Source: Planctomycetota bacterium (lineage in GTDB: Bacteria; Planctomycetota; UBA1135; UBA2386). From it: a stretch of DNA of 48,780 nt. Within the stretch, counting starts at the first letter, position 1; every line of letters begins with the position of its first letter. The stretch spans positions 1 to 48,780 of the forward strand of contig CANMWZ010000033.1 in the NCBI GenBank assembly GCA_947501605.1, read 5' to 3'. The translations under genes were made by a program, and so were the position numbers. Positions 37,573-48,130 of this stretch are shown here, in pieces. The notes beneath the pieces were generated by a model, which was given only the letters and a program-made list of their open reading frames with translations, was not told the origin of the DNA and did no database searches.

Positions 37573-40509
37573 TCACTGCAGCGTGTAGGGGATCGCAGGT
37601 GCACGCGTCATCGTCACTTCGCGGTGCCGACGCTCCTCGAGCACCCAGTCCGCAACACCCGCGGACCCGGCGCGGAACAGGCGCGCGTAGGGCGTCACGA
37701 CCCACGCACCCAGCGCGATCGTCGGATTGGCGGCAGGTGCAGGAAACTGCCACGCACGGAGGGTCGGCGTCGCCGTCCCAGCATCGGTGTCCTCGGCGAT
37801 CAAAACCCAACCGCGCCCTGTCGCGTCGACAGCTACGAGGTCATAGGCACCCAGAAGACCCGTCGCCAACTGCCCAACCGTCGTGGTCTCCACCAGAGCC
37901 GTGTCGAGCGCGTCGTAGAGCTCGATGCGCGGTGGCGAGGTCAACGTTGTGCTGGCGCCGATGTCTTGCAGGTGCAGGTCTTGCGGCAGCACCGGAACCG
38001 AGGCCGTCCCGGTCGTCGCGTCGAGCTGCGCGCGCGTCCGCGAGATGCCGCCAGCCGTGTCCCGCGCCTCGCAAACGACCCACGACAACGGCGCGAAGCT
38101 GCTGATGCCGGTGAGGATCGCCGTCGACCACGCACCGTTGGCGGTGATCGACGCGGCGCTACCGGTCGGAAACCCGATGCCGATCGCGCCCTGGCCGATG
38201 AAGCCATCGATCGTCGCGACCATGCGAACCGTCGCGGGTGCGCTGAGGCTGGTGGCTAGGAAGCCGTTGGAACTGGTGAAGTCGTTCCCGCTGTAGGGCA
38301 CGAGCGTGGCAAACAACGATCCGACGTCGCGCAATGCAGCCGTGAGCGTCTGCGTCGCCCCGGCAGCAACGGGTGCAACTGGCGGCGTCGGCGAGACGAG
38401 GTCGGTGCCGCACAGGTTGCAGGCGTGGACCAGGAAGGCGGGGTTCGCGGTCGGCTCGAACACGCCACCGAACGCACTGAACATCATCGGTCGGTTGGGT
38501 CGGATGGCAGTCGCCGCGAGTGCCGTCGGTGTGCCCGTCGAAGTCCGGATGGTCAACGTCGCCGGGTCGTCCAGCAGATTGCTGCCGACGATCGCACTCG
38601 CGCCCGGCACGGTCGCCGGAAACGTGACCGACCCCGTGAGCGTAGCAACCGCGCTTGTGGCCGACGTCGTGCGCATGGGCAACGACGCAAAGCCGACCGG
38701 CGAGTCATACAGCGTGATGAGGTCATACCCCGGCTTGACCAGAGTGATGGTGTGTGTGCCGGCGGTGAGCCCGGTGAACGTGGCGCGCCCATCGCTCCCC
38801 GTCAGCGCCGTCTGGCGACCAATGGCCGGCGGCACCGTCGGCACCCCGGGATCGACGAGGACCTCGACATCACCCACCGCGCGAAGCGTCGCGGCGTCGA
38901 AGGCCTCGACGACCAGCGAACCACCGCTCGCCGATCCAGCCAGCACGCCACGCTGCAGCACGTTGCCCGTCGCCGGCGCCGCCGCGAGGTTGCCCGCCAG
39001 ATCCGTGATCGACAACGAGTAGCCAAGAGCCGTCGTGCGCCGACCGACGGCGACCGGGGCAAGCAGGAAGGTCCCGTTGGTGCGACTCGCGAACAGGCCA
39101 CCGGTGACCGGCGCTGGCGTGTTGAGCACAAATGACGCATCGCCGAGCGCTTCGCTCGCCGTTCCGAACAGCGTCATCGTCTCGAGTTCGGCGTAGAGGT
39201 CCGTGCCATTGCTACCTGTCGGCGGACCGAGGCTGACGAGCGTTGGGCGCACCGTGTCCTGCGCCGCGGCGTTGTTGCCGCGCACCGCACCCGAGTGCTG
39301 GCTGCCGCGGAACAACTGGGCAGTGAACGTGATCGCGCCATCGTCGAACAACAGCCGGCCGATGCTGCCGAGCGTGCCGGAGAAGTCCACCACAACAGTC
39401 TGTGCACCTGCGGCCAACAGGGTGGCATTGCGCTGAACGAGCGCGATGTCGCCCGTCGCCGTCGTACTGCGATTCGACCCATAAACGCGCGCATTGACGA
39501 CATCACCAGCGGCCGCATCCGCCGGCAACACGACGGCAAGACGCAGAGTTGCGAGATTGGCGAGGTTGACTTTGTGGGGGAATCCCACCGACAGATTGTC
39601 CACCGCGATTGACGTCGGGTTCGGCGGCCCGCCAGTGGTGAACCGCGAGAACGGAGTGCGGTTGCTGAACTGCAGCACGCCGGTAGTGCCAAAGGTGATG
39701 CTGGCATTGACGACGAACTCAAACGTCGTGCTAGCCTGCCACAGCGCGTTGCTCGCGGGGCGAAAGCCAACGACGCGTGCTTCCGGCAGGTTCGTCACGG
39801 AGAGTGGCAGACTCGGCGTACCAACGATGTTCGCGCCGCCTTGCTCGCGCAGCGTGAAGTTGTTCACCAGTGACGCGAGGTTGACCGGGCGCGTGAACAC
39901 GCAAAGGAAGTCCGTGTCGCGCTGATTGTCGCGCTGGTTGTCGCGCGGGTAGACCGCGAGGATCGACGCATCGGCGGTAGCGGCTGGATCGACCGTGAAC
40001 GTCGCCAGTACCGTCTCGGTCGATGCCGAGAACCGCACGCCATCCGCGTCGCGACCGCCTGCCAGCAGAACCACGTCGTAGGACGTGGCCTGGGGTGAGT
40101 CGAGCGCCGCGACCGGCCGCATCACCAACACGCGCGAACCGGCAAGGAAACTGTAGATCACCGGCACCGACGTCTGGGTGCTGGCTGGGCGCAAGACCAC
40201 CTTGGCGTCATTGGCCGTTGGCGTTGTCGGCAGTAACGAAGCCTCGTTCATGCTCTCTGAGAACTCGACCACTACCGGCACCGTGGCCGGCCACCCCCCA
40301 CCCTTGGGGTAGGTCTGGCGCACGATCGGCCGACCGTCGCGCGCATCCCCCCCCACGGGCAACACTTGGATGGTCGAAACCACCGTAGGGCTGGTGATGG
40401 GCGGCGTGACGTCTGGATCGAAGGCGCGGCCAACGTTGTCGCATGAGGCGAGCGACACGAGGACTGCGAGGACGCCGACGAGGGCTTTCTGTGGAAGGAG
40501 TCGGAGCAT
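37573..40509 (-). CDS. Large Thr/Ala/Val-rich lipoprotein with Ig-like domains
   Basis: LASC lipobox; VVVEFSESMNEASL and VFTRPVN (Big_5-like), DTVRP, TDLAGN, TGSDGRATF. Confidence 0.85.
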   Translation of the reverse strand: MLRLLPQKALVGVLAVLVSLASCDNVGRAFDPDVTPPITSPTVVSTIQVLPVGGDARDGRPIVRQTYPKGGGWPATVPVVVEFSESMNEASLLPTTPTANDAKVVLRPASTQTSVPVIYSFLAGSRVLVMRPVAALDSPQATSYDVVLLAGGRDADGVRFSASTETVLATFTVDPAATADASILAVYPRDNQRDNQRDTDFLCVFTRPVNLASLVNNFTLREQGGANIVGTPSLPLSVTNLPEARVVGFRPASNALWQASTTFEFVVNASITFGTTGVLQFSNRTPFSRFTTGGPPNPTSIAVDNLSVGFPHKVNLANLATLRLAVVLPADAAAGDVVNARVYGSNRSTTATGDIALVQRNATLLAAGAQTVVVDFSGTLGSIGRLLFDDGAITFTAQLFRGSQHSGAVRGNNAAAQDTVRPTLVSLGPPTGSNGTDLYAELETMTLFGTASEALGDASFVLNTPAPVTGGLFASRTNGTFLLAPVAVGRRTTALGYSLSITDLAGNLAAAPATGNVLQRGVLAGSASGGSLVVEAFDAATLRAVGDVEVLVDPGVPTVPPAIGRQTALTGSDGRATFTGLTAGTHTITLVKPGYDLITLYDSPVGFASLPMRTTSATSAVATLTGSVTFPATVPGASAIVGSNLLDDPATLTIRTSTGTPTALAATAIRPNRPMMFSAFGGVFEPTANPAFLVHACNLCGTDLVSPTPPVAPVAAGATQTLTAALRDVGSLFATLVPYSGNDFTSSNGFLATSLSAPATVRMVATIDGFIGQGAIGIGFPTGSAASITANGAWSTAILTGISSFAPLSWVVCEARDTAGGISRTRAQLDATTGTASVPVLPQDLHLQDIGASTTLTSPPRIELYDALDTALVETTTVGQLATGLLGAYDLVAVDATGRGWVLIAEDTDAGTATPTLRAWQFPAPAANPTIALGAWVVTPYARLFRAGSAGVADWVLEERRHREVTMTRAPAIPYTLQ

Positions 40510-40623
40510 CAGCGGGAACGAGGGCACCGGGACGGTGCACCGGCGAGGATTATTCCCGAACGTCGGGCATGGCAACAGGCACAGGATCGCGCGCGACCGC
40601 AATCGCCGCGAACAGCCTGCCTG

Positions 40624-42099
40624 CTAGCGAAGCGAAGCCGCAAGTTGCTCGACGAACGCGTCGACCGCAGCTTTGGCGGCATCGGGCTCGCAGGTGAAGT
40701 TGTTGACCAGGACCGAGAACGCGACCGGCGCTGCAGTCGCATCGCGATCGACGTAGCCCGACAAGCCGATGACATAGGACACGAACCCAGTCTTGGCGCG
40801 CACACGGCCGGCGGCAGCGCTGTCTTGGAATCGCGCCTTCAGCGTGCCCGAGACGCCGGCCACCGGCAGCGCGTCGTTCATCGGCCGCAACCGCGGCTCC
40901 GTGTGGACCGCCGCCAGCAACGCCACGAGCTGGCGCGGTTGCACCAAGTTGCGCCGCGACAGACCGGAGCCGTCGGCCAGAACCATCCCGGCAGTGTCGA
41001 CGTCGAGATTGGAAAGGGCCTGCTTGCCGAACCGTTCGCAGTCGGCGAAGGAACGGGCAAAAACAAGGCGATGCGCCGCCGTGCGCCAGCACTGTTCGGC
41101 GTAGAGGTTGATGCTGTGCTCTAGCAGCGGCACCACGATCGCCGACAGCGGCGGCGATCGATGCTCGGCCACGACCTGGGCCCCCGGTGGCGCGATGCCG
41201 ACCCCGGCCTCGCCATCGACAACGATGCCGCAGGCGTGCAAGGCCGCAGTGAAGGCGGCGGCCGCGTACGCCGCGGGATCGGGCACCGCGACCTGCAAGC
41301 GCACCGGCTTCGCGCCTGCCGCGATCGCACCCGTCACGACAACTTCTGAATCGAGCGGCGACCGCGCAAAGTGAACCCCGCTATCGCCGTTCGACGACAC
41401 CGTCGCGACTTCGCAGCGGAGCCACGTGGGAAGCGCGATAGGGAGCTCGAGTTCGAGGCGCGCGGGCAGGCCGAACGAGGTCGGGTGTACGAGCACTGTC
41501 AGCACATTCTGCGCGAAGTTCAGCGCCGCGCATGGGGCCGCATAGTCTTCCTCGAGGTAGTCCCACTGCCAACCGTTGCCGTAGCGAGCGAACGACTGCG
41601 CCGAGGCGTCCCCACGTACGCACCCACGCACGCGGCGAATGCCGCGGGCATGCAGCGACACCGCGAGTGCGTGCAGCGGCGCCATGACGTCACCCGAACT
41701 CGCGACCTCGGGCTCGCTGCCGAGCGACGGATCGCCGCCGCCGACGAGGAACAGATCGCCCGCAACCGTGTCGCCGTCAACCGACTCCGCCACGACGCGC
41801 GTGTCGAAGCGGAACTCGGTGCCGAGCCTCGAGAGCGCGATCGCCGAGCTCAGGAGCTTCATGTTCGACGCCGTGAGGAAGCCCTTGTCGGCATCGTGCG
41901 CACACAGCACGTCCCCGGTCTCGAGGTCGCGGACCATGACGCCGATGCGCGCACCGGCGAGGTCCTGGGTCGCGAGCAAGGTCGCGAGCGCTGCCTGCGC
42001 CTGCGCACTCGTCCCCTGCGACGGCGGCCCGCAAGGGCCGGCAGTGCACGCGGCGAGCAGGAGGACGGTGGCAAACGAGCTGCGAGCGGGAACGGTCAT
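40624..42099 (-). CDS. dacB: D-Ala-D-Ala carboxypeptidase/endopeptidase PBP4 (peptidase S13)
   Basis: ASNMK, GGGDP, SIN, DGSGLSR, AKTG; LAAC lipobox. Confidence 0.95.
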   Translation of the reverse strand: MTVPARSSFATVLLLAACTAGPCGPPSQGTSAQAQAALATLLATQDLAGARIGVMVRDLETGDVLCAHDADKGFLTASNMKLLSSAIALSRLGTEFRFDTRVVAESVDGDTVAGDLFLVGGGDPSLGSEPEVASSGDVMAPLHALAVSLHARGIRRVRGCVRGDASAQSFARYGNGWQWDYLEEDYAAPCAALNFAQNVLTVLVHPTSFGLPARLELELPIALPTWLRCEVATVSSNGDSGVHFARSPLDSEVVVTGAIAAGAKPVRLQVAVPDPAAYAAAAFTAALHACGIVVDGEAGVGIAPPGAQVVAEHRSPPLSAIVVPLLEHSINLYAEQCWRTAAHRLVFARSFADCERFGKQALSNLDVDTAGMVLADGSGLSRRNLVQPRQLVALLAAVHTEPRLRPMNDALPVAGVSGTLKARFQDSAAAGRVRAKTGFVSYVIGLSGYVDRDATAAPVAFSVLVNNFTCEPDAAKAAVDAFVEQLAASLR

Positions 42100-42145
42100 G
42101 CGAAGGTGATGTTCGCAGACCGCGCGCCAGCGGGGAACGGGCCGC

Positions 42146-43849
42146 CTACTTGCCGCCGCCAGGAAGCACGTCGCCAGGAACTGGTGCGTCGCCGCCGACC
42201 GGAGTTTCGGCGGGCGCGTCCTTTGGTTTCACGAGATCGGTGCGCGCCGGCTTCAGCTTGGTGAACAGCGCATTGTCGATCACGTAGTACCAAGGCCCGA
42301 AGCGTCGAGCGAGGCCATCGGCTTCCTTCTTGCCCTCCGCGATCTTGCTGTCGAACTCCCGCCACTGGTCAGCGCTGCGTCGCAGCTCGTCCTCGCCAGC
42401 CAACAACGCCGCGACAAGGTCTTGGCCCATGCCAACGCCGCCCTCGACTTGATCTGGCCCCTTGCTGAACAGCTTGTAGCCCTCGCCTTCGAGAGCGTAG
42501 ACGAGGTCTTGGCCCCACGGGTCCTGCTTCAACTCCGTCAACAACGCTGCGTCCGTCTCGTTCGGCTTCTTCGTCAGCTCCTGCAGCGACGGGGGCACCT
42601 TGCCTTCGTTCTTCTGCTTGTAGAGCTCGATCGCGTTGACGATCGCTTCGATCTGCTGCTGCGCCTCGCGACGCTGTGCAATCACATCGTCCGCCAGCCG
42701 CATGCCGCTCGGCTTCTGCAGCAGCGATTCATCGAACTCGGCGGAGACCATCAAGTAGCGATTGTTGCCCGCGAGCGGCGTCGGTCCCTGTTGGCCGTCC
42801 TTGGGGGCGTCCGGCTTGGCATCGCCTTCACCCGAAGTGATGGCCTCGCCCTCGCCGTAGACAATCTCGCCGAAGCGCAACGTGTAGCGCACGCCGTTCT
42901 TGCTCTCGAACGAGAGGTCGCCTTCGTTGCTGCGCAGAGATCCGTCGCGCAGAAGGAAGTAGCCCTTGCTCTGCAAGTTCAGCGCATCCTGCAGTGCCGG
43001 CCCGCCCTGCAAACGAGCATCGAGACCAGCAGGCTTCTTGCGCACACCGACGATCTTGATCTGACCGAGCGACTCGGTGACCTCGCGGAGCTTGTCCTCG
43101 TTGGCGGTGTCGGTCTCAGCCGTGCCTTCGACGATCCACTTCGACGCCTCGTCCTTCCTCACGATGATGCGATCGCCTTCCTTGATCTTCTGGGCCTGCT
43201 CATCGACCGAGTAGTTGTCGAAAACGACTTTGGCAATGTCCCAGGTCTTGGCCTTCAGCAGGTCCGTCTCGATCCAATCGGCGAACTTGGTCGACAGCTG
43301 GTTGTCGAACTTGGCAGCGTAGACTCGCTTCTTGCCCGGCAGGCGCACGAAGTGCATCCCGGGGCTGCCCTCGAGTTCCTTGCCGATGATCAGCGTCGCG
43401 AGCTCTTGCCCGCTGGCGTTCTTGAACACGACCTTGGTGCCGCGGCCCTTGGTGTCGAGGCTCTCCTCTTCGGGGTCGACGACGCCGCACTTGCCGTGAT
43501 CATCGACGATGTCGCTGATGACGCGGTCGCGCTGCATCCCGAGCATCATGGTGGCGCTCTTCGCCATTCGCGTCTTGGCGTCGGCCGGGTAGTTGCCGTG
43601 CGACGGGATGGTCCAGATGCCCTTGTCGTCGCGGCGCACATTGAACTGCCGGATCTCGGTGCTGCCGTCGTCGTACGACGCAACCCGCAACTCGGTCGCC
43701 AAGGACGCATCCGTGAACTCGGGGAACAGCACCTGCCCCTCGTCCGAGAACAGCGTGTTGTCGACCTTGCCGGGACCAGTCAGAGTGGCCAGGACACACA
43801 GCAGCGCCGAAGCGCCAACGAAGGTGATCGTCTTGATGGATTCGTTCAC
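42146..43849 (-). CDS. DUF4340 protein with inserted GspG-like domain
   Basis: N-terminal TM, WTI...YPAD, LIIGK, FVR, LSTKFADW; position after GldG; internal DPWG..Y..LFSKGPD. Confidence 0.82.
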   Translation of the reverse strand: MNESIKTITFVGASALLCVLATLTGPGKVDNTLFSDEGQVLFPEFTDASLATELRVASYDDGSTEIRQFNVRRDDKGIWTIPSHGNYPADAKTRMAKSATMMLGMQRDRVISDIVDDHGKCGVVDPEEESLDTKGRGTKVVFKNASGQELATLIIGKELEGSPGMHFVRLPGKKRVYAAKFDNQLSTKFADWIETDLLKAKTWDIAKVVFDNYSVDEQAQKIKEGDRIIVRKDEASKWIVEGTAETDTANEDKLREVTESLGQIKIVGVRKKPAGLDARLQGGPALQDALNLQSKGYFLLRDGSLRSNEGDLSFESKNGVRYTLRFGEIVYGEGEAITSGEGDAKPDAPKDGQQGPTPLAGNNRYLMVSAEFDESLLQKPSGMRLADDVIAQRREAQQQIEAIVNAIELYKQKNEGKVPPSLQELTKKPNETDAALLTELKQDPWGQDLVYALEGEGYKLFSKGPDQVEGGVGMGQDLVAALLAGEDELRRSADQWREFDSKIAEGKKEADGLARRFGPWYYVIDNALFTKLKPARTDLVKPKDAPAETPVGGDAPVPGDVLPGGGK

Positions 43850-43860
43850 AGGGTCACCTC

Positions 43861-46494
43861 TCACTTCACCATGCGATTCTGCGGGACGATCGCGCTCTCA
43901 CGAGCGCGACGACGAAGGAATGTAACGAGGCCCAACCCCAACGCCGGCACGATCGACAGCGCGATCATGCCGAGGCGGTAGGTGTTGTAGAGACCTCGCT
44001 TCTTGGCGTCGCGATCATGGCGCGAACGCTCGATGCTCGTCTGCTTGGCGCCCTCGATCTGCGCCTTGCTCAGGTCGAGCTTGCGGTTCTCCTTTTCCTC
44101 GATCTCTTGGATGCGGATCTGCTTGGCCTGCTCGTCGAGCTCCGCGTTGTCGCGAACCACGGCGACGGCGTCGTCGAGTCGCTTCTGCGCATCGTCGAGT
44201 TCTTTCTTGGCCGCGTCTTCGGCAGTCTCCTTGGAACGGATCCACTCGCGCTCGAAGTCACGCTGTGCGTACTCGACGGCCTCCAGCTTTCGCAGTTGCG
44301 GCCGGCGGCTGCGCAGGTCGATCAAGCTCGAATCGCCCGCGAGTTGGTCGATGCAATTCAGCACGAAGGTCACGTTGTCGAAGCGGAGGTTCGGATCCTC
44401 GGCAGCGCGGCGGAGTTCGAAGAACTGGTTCGACACCAGGTCGAGGTCGCCCAGGACCACCACGCGCGGACGCTTGCCGTCCTTCTCCGGACCTTGGACA
44501 CGGGCAGCGAGCACATAGTCGGCGGGCCGCGGCCGATTGACGCGGCGAGGGTTGATCTGCTGGCCACCGCCAAATGGGTTGAACACGAACAGATCGCTCG
44601 TCGCGACCGTGCCGTTCATCTCCTCGTTGGTTGGGTCCGGCTGGACCGAGCGCAGCAGCGGCTGAAACTCGAAGCCCTCGACGGCCTGGGGCTGGAAGTG
44701 ACCGCCAAACAACATCACCGTGCGATCGAGACCCTTGGTGACCGCCTCGTCGACCGCATAGCCACGCGGATCGACGAACACGAACTCCGGCGGCAGGCCA
44801 CCGCCCGCGAAGGTGCGATAGCTGAGGTCCCAAACGACTTGGCCGATCGGCATCCGCACACCGAAACTGCCGAGGAAGTTGGCGAACGCCGCGAGGTCCT
44901 TCTGCGGGCCGCCGCCGCCCATCATCTGCGCCCGCGGACCGCCCTTCTGGTCGGTCGCCGCGGTGCCGGGCGCTTCGAGCGGGGCCGGGTCCTCCATCAG
45001 CAGCGCAGCGTTGCCGGCGAGGATCCACTGCTGCAGGCGGTCCAGCTGCTCCTTGCTCAACGAGCTAGGCTGCGGCACGACCAGGGCGTCGATCGTTGCC
45101 GGGTAGTCGCTGTCGGCGTCGACGTTCTCGACCTTGTACTGAAGCAGCAACTCCTCGACGATCTGCCAGCGCGGCTTCTGCGAGAAGTTCTGGAAGTCGA
45201 ACCCGCCGTAGAGCTCGACATCCGTCTTGAGCACGCCCACCGTCTTGCGCGCCTGTCCAGCAGCGACACGGATACTGCGCATCAACTCGTACTCGAGCGG
45301 CACCGCCGCATCGACGAACGGGACGACGATTTCTTCGGTGCCGCACTGCACGGCAAAGCCGAGGAAGACAATCGTCTCGACGCTCACACCGCCTTCGTCG
45401 AGCTGGGCGCGACGACCCGTGATCTTGAAGTTCTTCTCCGCGTCCACTGCCTCAGGCGAGAATGGCTCGGTCAGCACCACGCGCTGCTCAACGGCGGCGC
45501 CGCCAAGGTGATCGAACTGGTCGATCAAGTTCAGCAAGGCACGCTTTTGCTGCAGCAGGTTCGCGGGAACTTCCGGCGACACAAACGCGGAAACGATGAC
45601 CGGCTTCTTGGGATCGAGTTGCGTCAGCAACTTCCGGCTCTCGCTACTGAGCGAGTGGATGCCTTCCACGGTGCTGTCGAGGCGCGGCAGCTGATTGACG
45701 CCGACAATCGCCAGAGCGGCGGCGCTGACCGCGAGGGCCACGAAGCGCACCGAGCGATGAATGCCCTCGTTGCCGCCAGCGAGGTGATGACGCCGGGCAA
45801 GCAGCGCGAGGTTGCAGTAGAGGAAGGCAACCGTGAGGCCGACGAACAGGAGCAGACCACCGCTGGTGATCATCCCGCGGCCGAAGTCCTCGAACTGGCC
45901 GCGAGGTCCGTTTGCGTAACCGCGGACGCCGAGGCCCACCATCTGCATCAGACTGCCGCTGCCGACGACGAAGGCGCTGCACAGGCCGCCGACGATCAGG
46001 GAGACCGTCATGTTGTCCGTCAACTGCGAGCCCAACATCGACACGCTGACGAGCAGCGCGCCAAGCAGGAAGAAGCCCAGGTAATTGGCAAACAACAGGC
46101 CCCAGTCCGGGGACCCGAGGATCGACAGGCCAACGGCGAGGGCCAGCAGGAACAGCAGTGACACCGTGTAGATGCCGAGTGCGGCGAGGTACTTGCCCAG
46201 CAGCAGCTCGCTGTCGCGCGCCGGCAACGTGAACAGCAGTTCTTGCGTCCCGTTGCTGCGCTCGTTGCTCCAGGTCCCCATCGTGATTGCGGCTGTGAAC
46301 AGCACAGCAATCCACGGGAACGTGCGATTGAGTAGGTCCAGTGTGGCGAGGTTGTCGCGGAAGAACTCGCCGGGCAACAGCAGCGCCGACACGCTCAACA
46401 GCACGAACAGGCTGATGAAGACGTAGCCCGTGGGATTGCCGAACCAACTGCGCAGGTCGCGCTTGGCGACGGCGAGGATGATGTTCTTGTTCAT
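43861..46494 (-). CDS. GldF-like ABC permease fused to GldG-like periplasmic domain
   Basis: RDLRSWFGNPTGY, WSNERSNGTQELLFTLP, LLLGKY; HSLSSES, LEYEL, VLGDLD, NCIDQL; coiled coil and C-terminal TM. Confidence 0.9.
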   Translation of the reverse strand: MNKNIILAVAKRDLRSWFGNPTGYVFISLFVLLSVSALLLPGEFFRDNLATLDLLNRTFPWIAVLFTAAITMGTWSNERSNGTQELLFTLPARDSELLLGKYLAALGIYTVSLLFLLALAVGLSILGSPDWGLLFANYLGFFLLGALLVSVSMLGSQLTDNMTVSLIVGGLCSAFVVGSGSLMQMVGLGVRGYANGPRGQFEDFGRGMITSGGLLLFVGLTVAFLYCNLALLARRHHLAGGNEGIHRSVRFVALAVSAAALAIVGVNQLPRLDSTVEGIHSLSSESRKLLTQLDPKKPVIVSAFVSPEVPANLLQQKRALLNLIDQFDHLGGAAVEQRVVLTEPFSPEAVDAEKNFKITGRRAQLDEGGVSVETIVFLGFAVQCGTEEIVVPFVDAAVPLEYELMRSIRVAAGQARKTVGVLKTDVELYGGFDFQNFSQKPRWQIVEELLLQYKVENVDADSDYPATIDALVVPQPSSLSKEQLDRLQQWILAGNAALLMEDPAPLEAPGTAATDQKGGPRAQMMGGGGPQKDLAAFANFLGSFGVRMPIGQVVWDLSYRTFAGGGLPPEFVFVDPRGYAVDEAVTKGLDRTVMLFGGHFQPQAVEGFEFQPLLRSVQPDPTNEEMNGTVATSDLFVFNPFGGGQQINPRRVNRPRPADYVLAARVQGPEKDGKRPRVVVLGDLDLVSNQFFELRRAAEDPNLRFDNVTFVLNCIDQLAGDSSLIDLRSRRPQLRKLEAVEYAQRDFEREWIRSKETAEDAAKKELDDAQKRLDDAVAVVRDNAELDEQAKQIRIQEIEEKENRKLDLSKAQIEGAKQTSIERSRHDRDAKKRGLYNTYRLGMIALSIVPALGLGLVTFLRRRARESAIVPQNRMVK

Positions 46495-46505
46495 CTTCTA
46501 GTTCC

Positions 46506-47249
46506 TCAGTGAGCCACGGAGCCGGTCATGGAATGGAAGGCCTGGTCCATCTGGCCCTGCCCCTTCTGTTTGAACTGCTGCGGCGTGCCGTCGAAGACCA
46601 GCTTGCCTTCGTTGACGAGAATCAGTCGGCCGGCCATGGCTTCGACCTCTTGGAACAGGTGCGTCGACAGCAGGATCGTGCGGGTCTCGCCGAGCTTCTT
46701 GATGAGGTCGCGCACGTGCCGGATCTGGTTCGGATCGAGACCCGTAGTCGGCTCGTCGAGGATCAGCACCTCGGGATCGTGGAGCAGCGCCTGGGCCATG
46801 CCGACGCGCTGCTTCTGGCCCTTGCTGCACTTGCGGATCGGCTTGTCGAGTAGGTCCTGCAGGGCGCATTCCACTGTGACGAAGTCGAGTCGCTCTGCGA
46901 AGCGCTGCCGCGACAACCCGCGAGCGTCGGCAAAGAACTGCAGCAGTTCGCGCGGCGTCATTTCGGGGTACAGCGGGCCGTTCTCGGGCAGATACCCGAG
47001 CTTCTCGACGGCGCGGATGCGGTCTTCGACAATGTCGATGCCGCCCAGGCGGGCTTTGCCCGACGTCGGCGTCAGGTAGCCGGTCAGGACCTTCATCGTC
47101 GTCGATTTGCCGGCGCCGTTGGGGCCGAGGAAGGCAACCACCTCGCCACGGTGAACCGTGAAGCTGAGGTGGTCGATGGCAGCGAAGGACCCGTAGTGCT
47201 TGCACAGGTCGATCGCCTCGATCATGGGGTAACGGGGCGTATCGGTCAT
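46506..47249 (-). CDS. ABC transporter ATP-binding protein (GldA-like)
   Basis: GPNGAGKST, GYLPE, SKGQKQRV, ILDEPTTGLDPNQI, STH. Confidence 0.95.
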   Translation of the reverse strand: MTDTPRYPMIEAIDLCKHYGSFAAIDHLSFTVHRGEVVAFLGPNGAGKSTTMKVLTGYLTPTSGKARLGGIDIVEDRIRAVEKLGYLPENGPLYPEMTPRELLQFFADARGLSRQRFAERLDFVTVECALQDLLDKPIRKCSKGQKQRVGMAQALLHDPEVLILDEPTTGLDPNQIRHVRDLIKKLGETRTILLSTHLFQEVEAMAGRLILVNEGKLVFDGTPQQFKQKGQGQMDQAFHSMTGSVAH

Positions 47250-47530
47250 GGGAGTCGCTAGGTGGTCACACGATCTCGGAAGAGTCTCCGTTCCCTGCGG
47301 GCGCTCGCTCCACCCGTTGGTTCTGGATCACCGGGTGGGTCACGCTCGACCTCGCGGTCGACGCGTTTGCGCCGAACGGGGCCGAAACCCTTAACCATGG
47401 AGGACGTCAGGAGCAACGGCTAGCGCCGCGAACCGCAGATCCAACCGCGGCTCGGGAACGGCGCCGCAGGACGCCGAGGGCCGCCAGAAACTCCAAGCTG
47501 CCCTGCCCAACGCGACCGGTGATGCGGCGG

Positions 47531-48130
47531 CTATCGGCACCAGTAGTAGCCCGAGTAGCCAAAGCCGAAGCCCCACCACGGCCACGGGTCGCGCCAGTAG
47601 TACCGACTGGGCGGATCAGGTAGCCAGGTCTGGAACGGCGTGACCTGCGCATAACTGCCGCTCCCATCAGCCGCCTCGATGCGCCAGTGCAACTCAAAAC
47701 CCTCGACCGACCGGGGCAGGAGCCCACCGTCAATCACGAAGGCAATGCCGAGGCTTGCCGTCGTGCCAGGTTCCGCCACGGCAACCGCAGGCAGCGGCAA
47801 CAACGCGCGGGCCTCGCTGCGGCCGCCCTCACTGACAACCGCACGCACGTGCACGTTTTGCGGGTCGAGCCGCAGAGGCACACTGCCAGGATTCTCGATC
47901 TCGAAGCCGAGCATCAGCTCCGTCTGCGCCTCGCCACCAGGCGGCGTGTTGCGTCGGGCACCGTCGCACCACAGCCTCACTTCGCCTTGCCCCGGGGAGG
48001 GCAGAGCATAGACCGCGGCCTGCATGCCGGTCGGGCCACTGCCGTTTCGGCTCTCACGCGGCGCGAACATCCGATTGCTGGTGCAACTAGCCAGCAGGCC
48101 GAGAGCAACGACCAACGATGACTTCAGCAT
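47531..48130 (-). CDS. Hypothetical lipoprotein with aromatic C-terminal tail
   Basis: LASC lipobox; ends YYWRDPWPWWGFGFGYSGYYWCR; overlaps the ytxJ stop. Confidence 0.75.
   Translation of the reverse strand: MLKSSLVVALGLLASCTSNRMFAPRESRNGSGPTGMQAAVYALPSPGQGEVRLWCDGARRNTPPGGEAQTELMLGFEIENPGSVPLRLDPQNVHVRAVVSEGGRSEARALLPLPAVAVAEPGTTASLGIAFVIDGGLLPRSVEGFELHWRIEAADGSGSYAQVTPFQTWLPDPPSRYYWRDPWPWWGFGFGYSGYYWCR

Noticed and set aside
44017..46161. 714-aa plus-strand ORF and similar long antisense ORFs elsewhere
   Set aside because: Opposite well-supported genes, no recognisable motifs; expected from high-GC codon bias.
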